A stretch of 64,000 nt of DNA from Camelus dromedarius (Eukaryota), in assembly GCF_036321535.1 (NCBI RefSeq), contig NC_087437.1, forward strand, positions 19,842,001 through 19,906,000, in the 5' to 3' direction. The translations under genes were made by a program, and so were the position numbers. The notes under the pieces are model-generated. The model did not search any database and was not told the origin of the DNA. It was given only the letters and a program-made list of their open reading frames with translations. Below are positions 12,512-26,568 of the stretch, piece after piece (within the stretch, counting starts at the first letter, position 1; each line of letters opens with the position of its first letter).

Positions 12512-15500
12512 AGTGGAAAGTGCATTCTGATCAACTGCATATGATGCCTAAGGGATCCTCAGTGCCAGCCGGAAGTTCTCTCGGACATTCACGGCCGGAG
12601 CTGAGTTCCTGGTCCTCGCTCTGGCCTGTTCTGTCCTAGCAGCTCTCTGGTAACTGCTGACTCTTCGTTCATCCTTTGCCAGCACGTCCTCCCCTCTGAT
12701 CTGTTCCAGGCCATCCTGGGCTGATTGTCTAGTTTCCCATCAGAGAACTCCCCTGCACGTCATCAGGTTCTTTCTTTCTTCTGTCAGGACCTGGCCAAGT
12801 TTCCTTCCTTAAAACAAAGTTCTTCAAGAGCCTATGAGTTCCACCAGTGTTCCTGTTGCTCTAGTCATTTCTGTTTTTGTTGGTACCATGCAGAAGTTTT
12901 CAAATGTAAGAGACATGGCAGGCACTCTCTTCTCAGTGGGAGCAGACCCTGCTAATAATGTCCTGAGCTAGAAGGGCCTTCCAGCAAAAGCCCACACAGC
13001 CCTTTCCTTCTGTGTCTTTCCACCCAATAGCAAGTGCCCGCCTAGCTGCAGCTGCCGGCATTTGGAACCACTGTCTTGCTCCTCTGCCAGAATTTAACTG
13101 TTTGATGATGTAATGCGGACTCTCCTGGAATCCAGTCCAGATTGGACTGTGATTATGAAAGGTGGTAGCTCCATCTCAGAGGAAGTGGTTGAAACTAAAG
13201 GGGGAATAAATCAACTGTGAGAAGTTGCTAGGATTGGTGGAGAAATTCCCCTGCAAAGCCTCAGCTGAGGACCTTAATTTGGAGTTGTAGGGGTGGAGGG
13301 GAAGGAGGGAAGACGACAGGGGCCCTCCCCTCCTCCAGGTCCTCCTGTGGATCCAGGTTAAGAGGAGCTCAGACCAGCCCTCCTGTGACTGATATCTTAT
13401 TTTCTCAGTGAGGTGGTAGGCACAGAGGCACTGAACTAGCATCTGCTGGTTGATTGGTTGACTGAAGAACTGGGAATTAGAATGTTGAGCTGTCCAATGC
13501 ACAGTGTCTGTCACTGTGGTCTCTGGGAGACGGTTGAGATAGAACTGACCCGTATTTTTGCCAACATGGAACCAAAATGTGATACAATATACTGCTGGGG
13601 CATTAGAAAATTAGAAGTGACTTTTCAGTCCAGAGTTGCAAGCCGACAGCAGCTCGAGGAGCTCTGTGTAATGAGTATATTGTCTCCAATAGGGGGCCTT
13701 GATGACTGATAGGTGAAAAGCTATGCCGCAGCCTGGAATGATTATGCTCCATCACAAAAGAGGGCGAGAGTGACAGCACAGTGATCTATTAGTGCTGTCT
13801 GTGGGGTTAACAGTGAGCTTTCCTGCTGCTAGTGGTCTATAAAGAGAGCTAAGAAAAAGGAAATGGTGCCGGGGTTGGGGAGTGTGGAATCAATGGTATT
13901 AGCAGAGTCATGATAATAAATGCAATCATTTATTTCTAGGATGGTTTTTATTGAACTGGTTATGAACTTGATAGTTTTTCCTTTTAGTTTATAAGCTGAA
14001 GAAAATTCAGGGGGAAAGAAATCCAACATTCCGGTAGACACGGCAGCCCTGTTGGGTCAAATAAAGCTAGAATTTTCATGGTCTCTGAAAAGGAGAACTG
14101 AGAAATGAATGCATATGCAGACAGAGGAGCTATTCTGGGGATGCTGGGGGCAGAATGTGATCTTTGATGATAGAAAGACCTGTTTTTGAGTCCTGGTTCT
14201 GCCTGTTATTAGCTTTATGACCACTGGCCAATTCCATCATCTGTAAAACAGGATTAAGTGTATCTCCCTAGCCAGGGTGGTTATGAGGCTCAGATAGCAT
14301 CACCCGTATTTGTAAAGGTGTCTAACACAGCTCCCGGTAGGAAGCAGCTGCTCAGCAGATAAACCATGGCTGTGGTTTGCTGATGCCATCACCATCTTGG
14401 AATCGACTTCACTGTAGCCACACAGTCCAATGGCCTCTGAGCCACAGGCCAAGAAAGAATTGTGTGATGTATTCGACTTTTTGAGTCTGTCGATGAACAA
14501 TAATCACATTTGTATCAATTTTAAGGAGTGAGGTCAAGTCTGTAAAAGATAGAAAGTCCCTGCAAAGGATAATAATAAGCCTTGGAAATACCCAAGTAGA
14601 GGCGGAAGGCTCAGACTCATGGACGACATAGAAAAGATTACCTGGGGGGATGGAAAGGAGGAATGAGTCTATATATAGATTTTTTTCCAAAATGAGGTTC
14701 AAATAGTTACTTTTAAAAAAAACTAGAAAAAATTCCGAGGAATGTATATTGGTTTTCCTGTTTCACGTTTTCAATGGTCCAGGGCATATAAGTTTAATTA
14801 TTCTTGATTATTTGGTAGAGAAGAATGACTATCTACTTTGCAGCAGGTGTGTTCATATACATTATCTTTACAATTCAGTGAGATGAGGCATCTTACCCAC
14901 ATCTTACAGATGAGGAGACTGAGAACAAAATATTTACTGTAGGTTCAAGTGTGCACAGCTGGAGTGAGGCCAGGGTTCTCACTCCAGTCTCATGGTCTTC
15001 CCGCTGCCTCATACGAGGGAGAGGATACTGGCACCTGGAAAATCATCTTTGAACATTCTTCGCCGCCCAGACCCAGTGGTGCCCTTCCTTACCTGCTCTG
15101 ACACAGTCGGGTCTCTGCGATCACTCCACTTAACTCACTGTATGTAGGGTGTACGTCTCTTCACTAGTCTTTAGAGTGAATTCCCAAACTGCAAACTGTG
15201 CAACTGCTCTTTAGCTCTGAACCTCCAGGACCTTCCTATGGGTGACTGGTATCCATAGGCTGGTACCCATGGGTGCCTAGGACACGTTATCTGTATGAAC
15301 GTTGGAAGATGGCACCTGGGTGTCCAGCCCCAAGTCTTTTCCTTTGAGCCACAGTGGTTCTTAGCTGCATCTCTTCAGGAACCTGTTTGGGCTCATGCTC
15401 ATCCCATCTCAACCTTCTTTCCCTGTTCCGTGGGTCTTTGTTCATCAAGACTAAAGCCCTCCCAGCCCAAGACTCCTGTGGTCTCCTAGGACCCTCAGCT

Positions 15501-15761
15501 TCCCCAACCACAGCTTTCCTCTAGTTGTTCCCACTCTGTCCAAAGTGCTGCCACCTTCATAGCCTTGTACCACTCCACCTACAGCTTGAGTTCTTGGCTG
15601 TGTCTGCTTATCCCCCATCAATGAAGCCATTGCTCCAGACACCCTCAAAGCATTGCTCTCCCAGAGGCTGGAGCTCTGTAAGTAAGTCCACACAGGTGCA
15701 AGGTGACATCCAAGGTTTGCCACAAGAATAAGGTAAATGAGTGCAAGGTGGATTAAATGCA

Positions 15762-16285
15762 GTTGCTGTCAAACCCAAGTTTATGTGCCAATGCACAGTG
15801 AGGTCAAATAAACCCAAACATCTGAGTTTGGAGCAGAGAAAGGTTTACTGCAAAGGCCAAGTAAGGAGTACGGCAGCTTGTGCTCAAAGACCCAGACTCT
15901 GCGATGGTTTTCAGGAGAGAGTTTTTATTAGGCAAAATTTGTGGAGAGGGCTGCAGGGGTGTGACTTTCTTCTGATTGGTTGGTGGTGAGGTAACAGGGC
16001 GGTGATTCCAGGGTTCTTGTGCTCAGCCTTAGTTCCTGTAGAAGAACTCAGATATATTGTAATGTTTATCCTTTGAGGAGAAATCAGGACCCTGATTTAT
16101 CACTGCTTCTTGACTGCTTTTCTTTTGTTTCTGTCTTCCCTCACTTCCCTAATGGGTAACTGTTTGAATCTATCCTTTGGAACTCAGATCTAGGAGGCTG
16201 AAGCCTTTTTCTTACAAATAAGAAATGGGGGACAAGGAAAAGCTTTTGTACCTGGAAAGGCCCCACAGGGTCTTGCTTGGTTTCA
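15762..16285 (-). mobile_element. Solo LTR, probably ERV1 class
   Basis: ~525 bp ending CCCCACAGGGTCTTGCTTGGTTTCA. Contains GAGTTTGGAGCAGAGAAAGGTTTA and CTGATTGGTTGG (CCAAT on minus), typical of laurasiatherian ERV1 LTRs. Confidence 0.75.
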
Positions 16286-18499
16286 CGGTGACATAATGGA
16301 GGAGATTTCAGTCCACTTCTGTCCTTTATTAGCTATGGGACACCTAATTCTTTGAACCTCATCTCTACAATAGGGCTAAAGGTATTTATTGCAGAGTAAA
16401 TTTACCGAAGCACAGATTTGATTCCAGCATGACGAGGATGCTATGTATGGAAAAGAGTCACTGAAGTGGAGGTGGTGGCTGGCTGACCTCTCACATCTGC
16501 AACTCCACAACATACACAGCGATCCTAGGGATGTGATAAACACGCTATTTCTCAGCGGAAAAAGGACCTCCCAGAGAAAAGGAGATGCTTCTGTTGATAA
16601 CAGGATAGAACAAAAGGTGAAGCTGTGTGAGAAAGTGATGGCTCAGCAAGAACAGGGACATTCAGAGGGGGAAGTTTTATACCATAAGGGCATTTGTCAG
16701 TTTGGGTTTATTTTCCTTCCTTAGGGCAAATCCCTCACTGATGTCAAGATAGTACTTAAAATGAACACTAAAAAAAAGATAGAGAATATGAAAGTATTGA
16801 AAGCGTGGGGACGTTTCATTTGTTCCTTTGTTTTGAAAGATTAGTTTCTTGGCGCCAAGGTTGATGTTTCTCCTTTCTCTTGTTTGCCATTAGTATTCTG
16901 CGTGAAAAGTTAAACACTTGAAATAGATAAAGATTACCTGCCAATGCTTTCCCCATGAATCAGATTGAAAATGCAAACTGTGACGGGAGGCAGAGACATT
17001 GATTTAATTTAAGAGGGAATGGGGAGAGGAAATTGTGAGGCTTTGAGCTGCAGCCCCAGGCACTGGTAGGTCACACCAGTGAATTCCTCAGCCCCCTTCC
17101 CTGGCCCCCTCCGCCTCCCCCACTCCCCTTCGAGTCACCTCTCTCTTTCCCCTTCCCTTTTCCAAGCTGCCCCAATACCATGCCACCCCCTACCTCCTAT
17201 AGCAGCACTTCTGAACACTTCAGAGAGGAAGCCTCCAAGACTGTATAGAGATAAGAGCTTTGCTCATTTTGATCTTCTGGATTTAACCATCATTCTGCTC
17301 TAAAGATCAAAGAGTGCTTGGAGGTAAATGATCAAGCTCTGCAACTTAATAGCCATTTGACTTTCAGCAAGTTGCTAAACCCCTCTGGATTTAGCTTACT
17401 TGTTTATTATTATTTTTTTTTTATAGAAAATGCAGATAAAACTATCTACTGGTGGATTCATTTAGCTAACTGGAACTCCCTCTGTTGCTCACCACTATTG
17501 ACCTGCCTGGAGTTGGTGTCATGCAGGGCATTTCTCCCTAGCTGTTTGGAGACAAAAAGCCTATTAGAAGAAAGCTCTTTAACTGGAGCAGCAGGTGGGG
17601 GCCAAGTACAGGCCAGACTCCCTGCAGGTGGGTGTCTAGGGAGAGGCCTGCGAGCATTGTTCTGTGCCCAAGAGTGGGTGAGTAATGCAGGAATGTTAAT
17701 CCTTGACTGTGATCTTTCTCCTTATTTGATGGTTGTACGCTCCTCTCCTGTGGCTGATTTTTCTTTGCCTTTTCTCCTACTCCTTGACTTCAGAGGGCTG
17801 TGTGCAGTATCTGGAGGGCTGGCAGGGGGAATGATGGGGATGGGCATTGCTTTTCGCACTGGGGCTTACCTATTGAGAAAGGAGGGTGGGGTTGGGGTGG
17901 ACTATCCTTCCAGGCTTGGCTTTGCAGGTGGCAGACAGTGTCTGGGAAGTGCATCCTTGAAATGGGCATCTCCATTCTGCTTCCTCTCTGGGATCAGAAT
18001 GAATTAGGTTCACCCTGGATCTTAAGATCCTCCAGAACTTGACCCCTGTTTACTTTTTCAAGCCTCTCATTGCAGTCTAATGCGTCTACACACCCAACTC
18101 CAGGTAGACAAGTGGCTTCCTGGCCCCTATCCTACCTCACCTGTGTGACTGCCTTTAAGCCTTGCCACCATCCTCTTTCCAAAGTGCTGTTGTCAGTCTT
18201 CTGCACTACTTCTAATCGCTTTAACTCAATCCGTGAACCTTCTCATGATCTACCGTATCTTTCTACTGATTACTCATTCTGGGGCTTGACCTTTGCCAGG
18301 GGCTATGTTAGGTGATGGAGATAAGAGGGAGAACTGGACATGGCCCCCTGGTCGCAGTGAACTTACACCCAGGCTATATCTTCTATGCATTCCCCGTATT
18401 TGTCTCAGTAGCAGGCACAGGGCTTGCCATCAGGAGCATGCAGGAAATGGGTGCATTTTCCAAAACTGGTGTAGCATTTGGACAACATATTTGTTTCCA

Positions 18500-18940
18500 C
18501 CCTAGGGCCTTTGCACATGCTATTTCCTCTTCCTGGATCAGTCTTTTCCCTCCTTTGGACTATTAAACTCCATTAGGTCTTAGCTATAATTTTACTTCCA
18601 CAGGAAATCCTTTTGATCACTGAACATTATATCGGAGTCATTTTTATAAGCACTTGTGACTTCTCAAATTCTTCTGTCATAGCATTTATCACAGTTTTTA
18701 CTGATCTGCTTATGTGATGGAGGATTTGACTATTTTGTGTCTCCTTTTCAAGATTGTAAGCTCTGTGGTAAGCTTTGTGTCTCCTTTTCAAGATTGTAAG
18801 CTCTAATTTGATCACCACCCTATGCCCAGGACCTAGCATCCTGGCAAATCTACTATGTTGCTATTTGATTAATTTGTGTCAGATAAATGGCTGAAAAGAT
18901 GGATGAATGGATGAATGAATTAATAGATGGTTGGATGAAT
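18500..18940 (+). mobile_element. L2 3' end
   Basis: AGGGCCTTTGCACATGCTATTTCCTCTTCCTGGA...AGATTGTAAGCTC...(ATGA/ATGG)n tail. Confidence 0.8.
18734..18804. repeat. Perfect 31 bp direct duplication with 9 bp spacer, inside L2
   Basis: TTTGTGTCTCCTTTTCAAGATTGTAAGCTCT at 18734-18764 and 18774-18804. Confidence 0.95.
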
Positions 18941-19355
18941 TAATGATTGAAAGAATTAAATCAGACCTTTTGAAACAGCAACCCTGGCCATTCAGAGACC
19001 TCCAGATAGCTTCCTTTCTTTTCCACTCCAACCTATAGCCAATGCTTGGTCCCTCCAATTTTCCCTCACCCCTGAACCCCTTGATCCTGAGTGTCTTTGT
19101 ATCTCTGTGGGCAGACCCTGGCTCTTGTGTTGAGTAGTACATGATGAGTTTGTGTTTTCAGTGTAGGATTTCCCATCCGCTTGGTTTTAGCCCAGCTGTC
19201 CTCAGGAGTCCTCCCTCAGCACAGTGATGCTACCCAGTTCTGGTGGCCACACTGCCTAAGAGGCATCTGTGTGCAGGACACAGCCATGGGTAATAAACAG
19301 GAGGAAAAACATATCAGCGTCTGCGAGTCTGAGCTCAGTGATCATTCTTGAAGAT

Positions 19356-19485
19356 TCCTTTTCTTTCTTCCTTTCTTCCTTTCTTCCTTCCTTCCTTCCT
19401 TCCTCCCTCCCTTCCTTCCTTCCTCTCTCTCTCTGTTTCTTTTTCTTCCTTCCTTCCTTTCTCTCTCTCTCTTTCTTCCTTTTTT
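19356..19485. repeat. Polypyrimidine (CTTT/CTTC/CT)n low-complexity tract
   Basis: ~130 bp that is almost purely C/T on the + strand. Confidence 0.95.
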
Positions 19486-20512
19486 AATAGTGGACTTTGA
19501 TCCTCTGCCTCCATTTACTAACCATCAAAGATGAACTCTTGATACTTATGTTCTTGAAGTGACACATGAACTAGAGATCAGTAGGAGACACTCGTCGTTA
19601 CCTTTAGAAGGCTCTTACCAAAGAGGAGAAATAGGCTCCCTTGGTCTGGGACTGTAGACATTTCCTGATGCTATGTGGAACCCCGGAGGAATGGGAGGCC
19701 AAACACCAGTGAGTCCGTGTATCTACTGTGCTCCTTGCCTTTCTTGTGGCAAACTGGGCATGTGTGCATCTTCCTGTCTGCCTTCCAAGAGGCACGAATA
19801 CATGCTTGCCGCACCACTGCCCTGTGCTAGTGACCAAAAGATGGAGAGGTATGTGTCTGGGGTCAGGATCCTATTAAATAAATAAGCACAGCCTCCTTTC
19901 TTGCCAGCCCAAGGAAGTGGCTGGAGTATCAGAAAGGAAATGGAAAGATGGGGTGTCTGTTCAGCGAAGCCCTTAACCAGTTCTGTGAGCCCTGGCAAGT
20001 CCTGTAATATCTGTGGGCTTTTGCTAAGGTGAGCAGTAGGGGGGCATTCGCTAAGGTGAGGAGTAGGGGTGTACGTGGATGAATATGCATTCATATGCAG
20101 TCCAGCAGTCTGACAAAAATCTCATTTCCTGCAGGAGCTGAGAGTCTGCCAACGTCTGTCAGAAACAAAGCCTACAGACAACTGCAGTAGAATATGCTGC
20201 TGTTTTATGGTTCTTTTACCCAAATCACAGGTTCAAGGAGACAGTATTTGAGGGTTCTCTGATACACTACACAGTGCAGGGGCAGGGCACACTGTTGGAA
20301 GATACAAGCTATTGCAGAACTGGAGCAAATTCCAGATGCAGAAGTTTTAGGGGCTTTAGGGAAACCTAAAGGCAGTCCTCCCATCAAATCCTTGAATTCC
20401 CCCTCCAACATCAGCAATACCACCCCTGCCTACCTGCCTCCAATGACAGGGAATGAAGTACCCTCCTGATGAAGCTCTGTTACTCTTTGAATTGGGACTC
20501 AACCAACCTCTT

Positions 20513-20545
20513 TGTGTGTGCGTATGTGTGTGTGTGTGTGTGTGT
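20513..20545. repeat. (TG)n microsatellite, imperfect
   Basis: TGTGTGTGCGTATGTGTG... run. Confidence 0.95.
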
Positions 20546-21904
20546 ACACATATGCATGCATATAGGTATGTATATGTGAGTGTGAGTGCAATTATACACA
20601 GTGTGTGTAATCCACAAGTTTGCTTCCAGAGTGTGTGGCTAAATCTCCCACCATTTACCTCTCTAGCATTTCCAAAGAGGAACAGAATTTTTCTTGGATT
20701 GTCAGATATTTTGGATTCTTGCAGCCTCCCTCCATCCAGTATAGTTAATTGAGGGTTGATTCTATTTGCAAATGTTATACATTATTCATCCAGGGTCTCT
20801 GTGGACACATAATTTCCTGCCTTACAGAAAAGAAATCAACAAACAGATGGGTGTCACTGCTGTTGCATTGTTGCACTGAGAGAAAAATGGTGGATCAGAG
20901 CATTTTGTTTTGCTCTTTGCACAAGGAGCCTTTTCCTGCCAGTTCCTGGGAAGCATCCCTATCTCCCAGGCATGGTCCTTCTGACCAGCATTAGATCCAC
21001 TTACTTTCCTTATCACATCTATGCAGGTTGGGCTGTGGGATGAGCTGATGTTCTCACCACACTCTAGGGACGTGGCTCACCATCCTACCTCCTGGGATCA
21101 CCCTCACCTTGAAGTGGGGAAGAGTCAGTTGGGCTGTGAACACCTTTCACAAGAATCCAAGTTCTCTGGGGGCAACATACCCAGAGAGTTAACATGACCA
21201 GTGGTCTCTGGCTGGGTGCTGGGGTCCAACTGGCCAGTCTCAGGTGTCACTTCGATACACCTGGCTGTCAGCATCCTGACTCTGCTCCATCTTGGGCTCC
21301 TCCCTCCATTGCTGCTCTCAGGATCTCACACAAGCCTGGGTGGATATAGGCTTAATAGAACTATGTCTAGAGACTGAAAACTTGGCTCCTACGGACACCC
21401 TAGGATTTTCAGCCTCAGAGGGGGTTTTGAACTATGATCTCCTGTGTGACTCACTGTGTATTTGCCAGATCCTGTGCTTTTGCCCTTTGTACAAGTCCTT
21501 GATCAGTCATGTTGTGTAGAACCAGTTAAAGATCATTTGTTGGTAACACCTGGAGATCCCGTGAGGTGAGCATTGACCCACTAGTGATATGTATGAAGTT
21601 TTTAGATGTGTTCAACCAACTGCAAATCTGTCTTGGGGCTTTTCCCTCACTTAATTCATAAGACTATCTTGATAGACTTTGCTGAGTATCCTGTGGACAC
21701 TTGGATATGGTATGCCAATGGCAGGAATGGCAAAGGGATTTATTCTGGTGTGACCATGCCCTCTGGTTAGGTGTGGTCCCTCTAAACTACTATCTTAAGA
21801 GGAATGTTGAGGCTGTATCTCTGTTCAGTGATGCTGAATGCTGGGATTGATTAGTGATGTCTGCTATGGGAATGTGATAGTAAAATGATACTGTGTCTGC
21901 CAGG

Positions 21905-22165
21905 TTAGTGTAGTGCATGGAACACAGGGTCTGGAGCTGCACTTCCTCAGTTCAGATCCTAGGTCTGATACTTCCTATAGTTGTGTGATCTTAGGCAACT
22001 TACTTAAACCCTCTGTGCCTCAGTATCTTCATCAGTAAATTGAAGAGACTGACAGCACCTACCTCATAGGGCTTTCCCATGAACTGAATCAAATGTGTAA
22101 AGCATTTTGACTGGTTCCTGGGCACATAGAAAACACACTGTAAGTATTTGCTATTATTGTAATTA
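21905..22165 (+). mobile_element. Near full-length MIR SINE
   Basis: tRNA-like head, core TGTGTGATCTTAGGCAACTTACTTAAACCCTCTGTGCCTCAGTATCTTCATC, ACCTACCTCATAGGG and 3' tail. Confidence 0.9.
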
Positions 22166-25100
22166 TTAATGCATACCTCTGACCACCAATCCAATAAAAA
22201 ATTAAGGTTAACTTGGTGTATTTGCCGTTAATGAGTCCATTTTGGGTCTTCAGGATTACTGTTTTATTTTCTAAGGACTTATAAACAATCTCTTTAAGAT
22301 GTTTTCTTGGATATCACTGTGTATCTTATGTATTTTTTGGATCCATGGCTTCTCATTTCCTACAATTCAAGACTTTTGCCAGGGCCTGATCTTTAGGCAT
22401 TTCTCTCATTTCTTTGTTACTGCACAGCTGTCTCTGACAGATCCTGGGGACAGAGTAAGTGGCATTGTATATCACGTGCAGTTCTAAGAGCTTCTGACTC
22501 ATTCTCTCATTTACTCCTCAGGACCACCTTTTCAGGTCGGCACTGTGATCACCTCCATTTTACAAACGAGAATACTTGGATAGCTTAGAGACTTAAAAAT
22601 ATCTCTATGGTTTAGAGAACTTGAATATCTTGCCTGAGATTGCTCAGCAAATGGCACAACCTGAATTTGAACCCCTATCATTGCTCTTGTGAAAGGTAGT
22701 TTGGAGACCTTTTGTCTGGTGGAGAAAAATTTTTTAACAGAAGGAAGAGGATCACTGCTGATGTCTGAGACAGGATTTGGGAGCTGGAGTAAAGTTCGGG
22801 ATCAGGAATCAGGGTCATTGAAAATTAAGCACATTGGAGTTGTGATATATCCATTTTACCTTTGTAGAGTTTAAGAGAAGGAGGTAGAAAGAAGACTTAG
22901 ACATTAGATTAAGTTCCTCCAGGAGGTTAAGGGACAGGTCATTGAGATGAAGACAGAATCCAGATAGGCGTAAGGTCAAAGATCAGGCAAATGAGCCCAT
23001 TAGCAATTAAAAATATAGATTATGGTCATGCTTTTAACTTAATTTATATTTTGAGGATTCTAGGTAAATTTATAATATCCCTTGCCTTTATAGCTGACTC
23101 CCAGTGTCCTGCATTGGAAGAATCATTCTACCTCCGAGAATCGTTCTCTCAGCATGAGTCCACCCTTATACCTGCCCAAGACTTCATCCAAACAGTCATC
23201 CCTGAGCTGGGTGGTTGTGTTATGGGTAAAGGAGTGAAGAAGACAGACCCCTGTTTTTGAAGAACGTACTTTCAAAGAAAACAAAAAAAAAGCAAATGCA
23301 CCTGCACAATAAGATGAGGCTTACATAAAGATCATCATTAAGTTCCATGGGGTCTCCAAAAGTAACACCTAACCCAACCAGAGATGGGAGAGTGTCAGAA
23401 GAAGTGAGTTTGGGGTTAACCAGGTGAGGTGAGTTCTTTGTAGCATGAGAAAGAGTTCAAGAAAGCAGCCTGGGACAAGCAGGGAGATATGGTAATACCC
23501 GGAATATTCAGAAATTTCAAAATATTGGCATGATTAGAGTATACATTGCAAGAATGGTAGTACCATGGAGCGAGACTCAGGCCACATCCCTATGGGTCTC
23601 ACAGCCCCGGTTAAGCAGTCTGGATTTTCAGGAGATTGGAGCTAGTGATCTCTGTGGGCCGGATGAAAGGCTGAAGGCAGGAGAGTCTGGTATCTCACCA
23701 GCCCTTTATTGGGCTGTGACATCTCTGACACGTTGGGTTCTTTGTGGCCCATTCTTCTTTTCCCCCTAAGAAAACCAGATGCAAATACAATCACTCGGTT
23801 AAAATAAGATTTAGAACACTTCTATCACAGAAGAGATTATGCTATCGTAAACGTCTCTGTCCCACAGGCAACATTTTCTATTAACAGTGGAAGATTTAAC
23901 AGATGTCCATTATCTGAGAATAGGATTTGTTCTGATAATGGCCAATGAGTTCCAGACACAGTTTATAAGCCAGAGGCTCCTTTATTCTTGCGCAGAACAC
24001 ATATATCAAGGTTGACTTTTATGTGACACCTGGACACGCCATAACTTGTTGGGGGAGACATTTTTCTGAAAGTCTTATATTTTTAATCCAGAATACAGCT
24101 GAGCCCGCACCCCCACCCTATTTCACATTTACGTCCACCAAGTCTACACTGACATTCAAGGTAATTTGAACTGACCTTCACAGAATTATAACTGCAGGGA
24201 AACAAAGGAAGCCAGCTCTCCATGGAACTGTCACTTGGCCCTTTCCTATCACTCCTCTGCCCCAAATCTTCCGCCCCAATGTCTCTGAAGACATTGCCAG
24301 GGAGACCTTCAATACCGGGATGACATGACCCGCCACCATGGATGTGGTGACGTCTTGTGTCTTCCCTGGGGCTCTCCCTGGGCTGCTGGAGAGGCTGTCA
24401 CAGCTCGCAGTAGGTTATCTGAGGCAAGACCCACAAAGGGGATTTCATCGGCCCTTGCCCTCTTCTCCTATTTTCTCAGCCTTTTTAGTCTCTGTCCTAG
24501 TTTCCTGAGACCCGCCAGCTTAGAGGCCACTCGTGTATGACACAGTTACACAACATGTCTAGCCCGGGTCCCCGCTTACCCCCTCACCTCCTGTTCCACC
24601 TGCTCTCATCTTTTGGGATTCTTACCTGGGGTTTGTTTTCCCACATGTGGCCTTGTGCACCCTTCAGAAATCGAGTGTTATCCTTCTGCTCTTTGGAGGT
24701 CGACCTCTGGCTTCCCTTCTTGGCCAAGGTTCAGATTTGACCTTGGATTACAGAGATTCTGAGTGCCCTGATTAAATACTTAGGTGGTTCCCCTCAGTGC
24801 AAGCCCTCAAGTCAAGGCCCCAACCCTGGCTTCTCCAGGAGGGCACTGTCCCAGGACAGCCCTCTGATGTGCCCAGTGGAGAAAGAAATGTTATCTGTTC
24901 AGCAGGCTCTAAACACCCCAGACACTGAGAGAGAAGTGAAGCCTTGCATTTCCAAGTCTACTCCATTTTGGTGGTCGTCCTTTTCAGCTTCCTTATATCC
25001 ATCAATCTGCTCCATCCAGGAGCAAAGAGGAGAAAAAGCAAGGCCATTATCAAACAATGAGCAAATGCAAGTCAAGTGCCTCCTGGTGTCTAGTGTAGTG

Positions 25101-26331
25101 TTAGGGGATATGAGGGAAGGATGGGTGAGGTCCTGACACCTTTGGGGGAATAGAGGATGCTGGTCAGGGGTGGAGCAGAGCTTTGTGGTAGGAAGTTGGA
25201 GGCCCTCACATGCCAGGCTGGGAGCGTGAACCAGTGGGGAGCATTGAAGACATGCGGGCCGGGTTCCCTGGTGGAAGAACCTCTGTGACGCTGGGCTCCT
25301 ACTAGTGGGACGGGCGGGGCAGAATAGGGCTCTATCACCAGCTGCCGTGCCTTGGGCAACGTTTTGACTAAGATGCTATTTCTTGATTTTAAAAGTGAGC
25401 TGATGACTGTGACTCCCTGAGGCAGTTGTGGGGATTGCTGTGGATACACACCAGGTAGGGCACGGTGCCCAAAAGATAGTTAACTATCCTATGACCATAA
25501 ATACCAGTCATGAGTTCTGGCTGCGGGCGAGGGAACCAGACAGACCCAGGGACCTACAAGGCACGGTTCAGGAACACACCTTCTTGATAAGACCTGAGGA
25601 GAAGCTCTTTAGCTTGAAAAACAGTGGTGCAGAATCTAGAGACAAAAGGAGATCTACTCCCCGAGTGTACTCAGGAGGCTGGCTTCCCAGGAGCTACGCC
25701 AGTGATCAGGGTTTCCCCTGTTTCACCCACTGTGTCAGCTCCCAGCTCTCCTTGGGGGAAGGGGTTCCTGGTGAACACCCCGACCTGCCTGGGCAGCATG
25801 TGACAGTCAAGGAAAGAAACTGAGAGCATCTCATTACCAAAAGCTGTTTACAGTTGGAAGATATTTCAAAAAATGTTTTTGGTGACTTGCTGCACTTCCC
25901 TACAAAATCATTTCCCTAAATTGCTCAGTAAATGAAAACATTTCTTCACTTTTTGTTGTCGAAATGCAACAGGCCTGGGCCATCCACGACTTTAAGCTTT
26001 CTGTGGTTCCTCTGAGCCAAGCACAAAGCCTCAGAAACAAACACAAAGGAAAGATATCCCATTATGGATTCTGTTGACGATGCACTTAAAAGTTCCGTGG
26101 TGTTTTCGAGTTCCATTACGAGTAGGGACCACACCCCCTGTTCACCCTGATGCCTCATCACACAATCATGAGATTTGCCTTTGCTTTGTCTGAGTTCCTC
26201 AGTTTATCATGGTATCCTCTGTCTCCAGTCAGTGCCCAGCACATAGTAGGTGCTCAGTAAATGTTGGTTAAATAACTAGTGATGCAATTATTCCAGCCTG
26301 GCTGTGCCTCACTCTTACCCACAGGACTTTT

Positions 26332-26568
26332 TTTCTCCTTTTTTTTTTTTTAATTGAAGTACAGTCAGTTCGCAATGTTGTGTCAATTTCTGGTGTACAG
26401 CATAATGTTTCAGTCATACATATACATATATATTCGTTTTCAGATTCTTTTTCATTATAGGTGACTATAAGGTATTGAATATAGTTCCCTGTGCTATACA
26501 TATAAACGTGATGTTTATCTACTTTATGTATAGTAGTTAGTATCTGCAAATCTTGAGTTCCCAATTTA
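26332..26568 (-). mobile_element. Young 5'-truncated L1 3' UTR fragment
   Basis: Poly-T, then AATTGAAGTACAG...TTGAATATAGTTCCCTGTGCTATACA. Perfect 16 bp TSD TACCCACAGGACTTTT at 26316-26331 and 26569-26584, followed by AA (TTTT/AA L1 endonuclease site). Confidence 0.95.

Noticed and set aside
17318..18007. Longest ORF in the track (229 aa)
   Set aside because: Non-ATG start, begins in MIR-like sequence, crosses a T-run, and has no recognisable domain or exon structure; most likely a chance ORF.
20023..20071. GCTAAGGTGAG(C/G)AGTAGGGG direct repeat; similar short repeats near 42175 (GCAGGAT)x3 and 58247
   Set aside because: Ordinary short slippage duplications with no sign of function.
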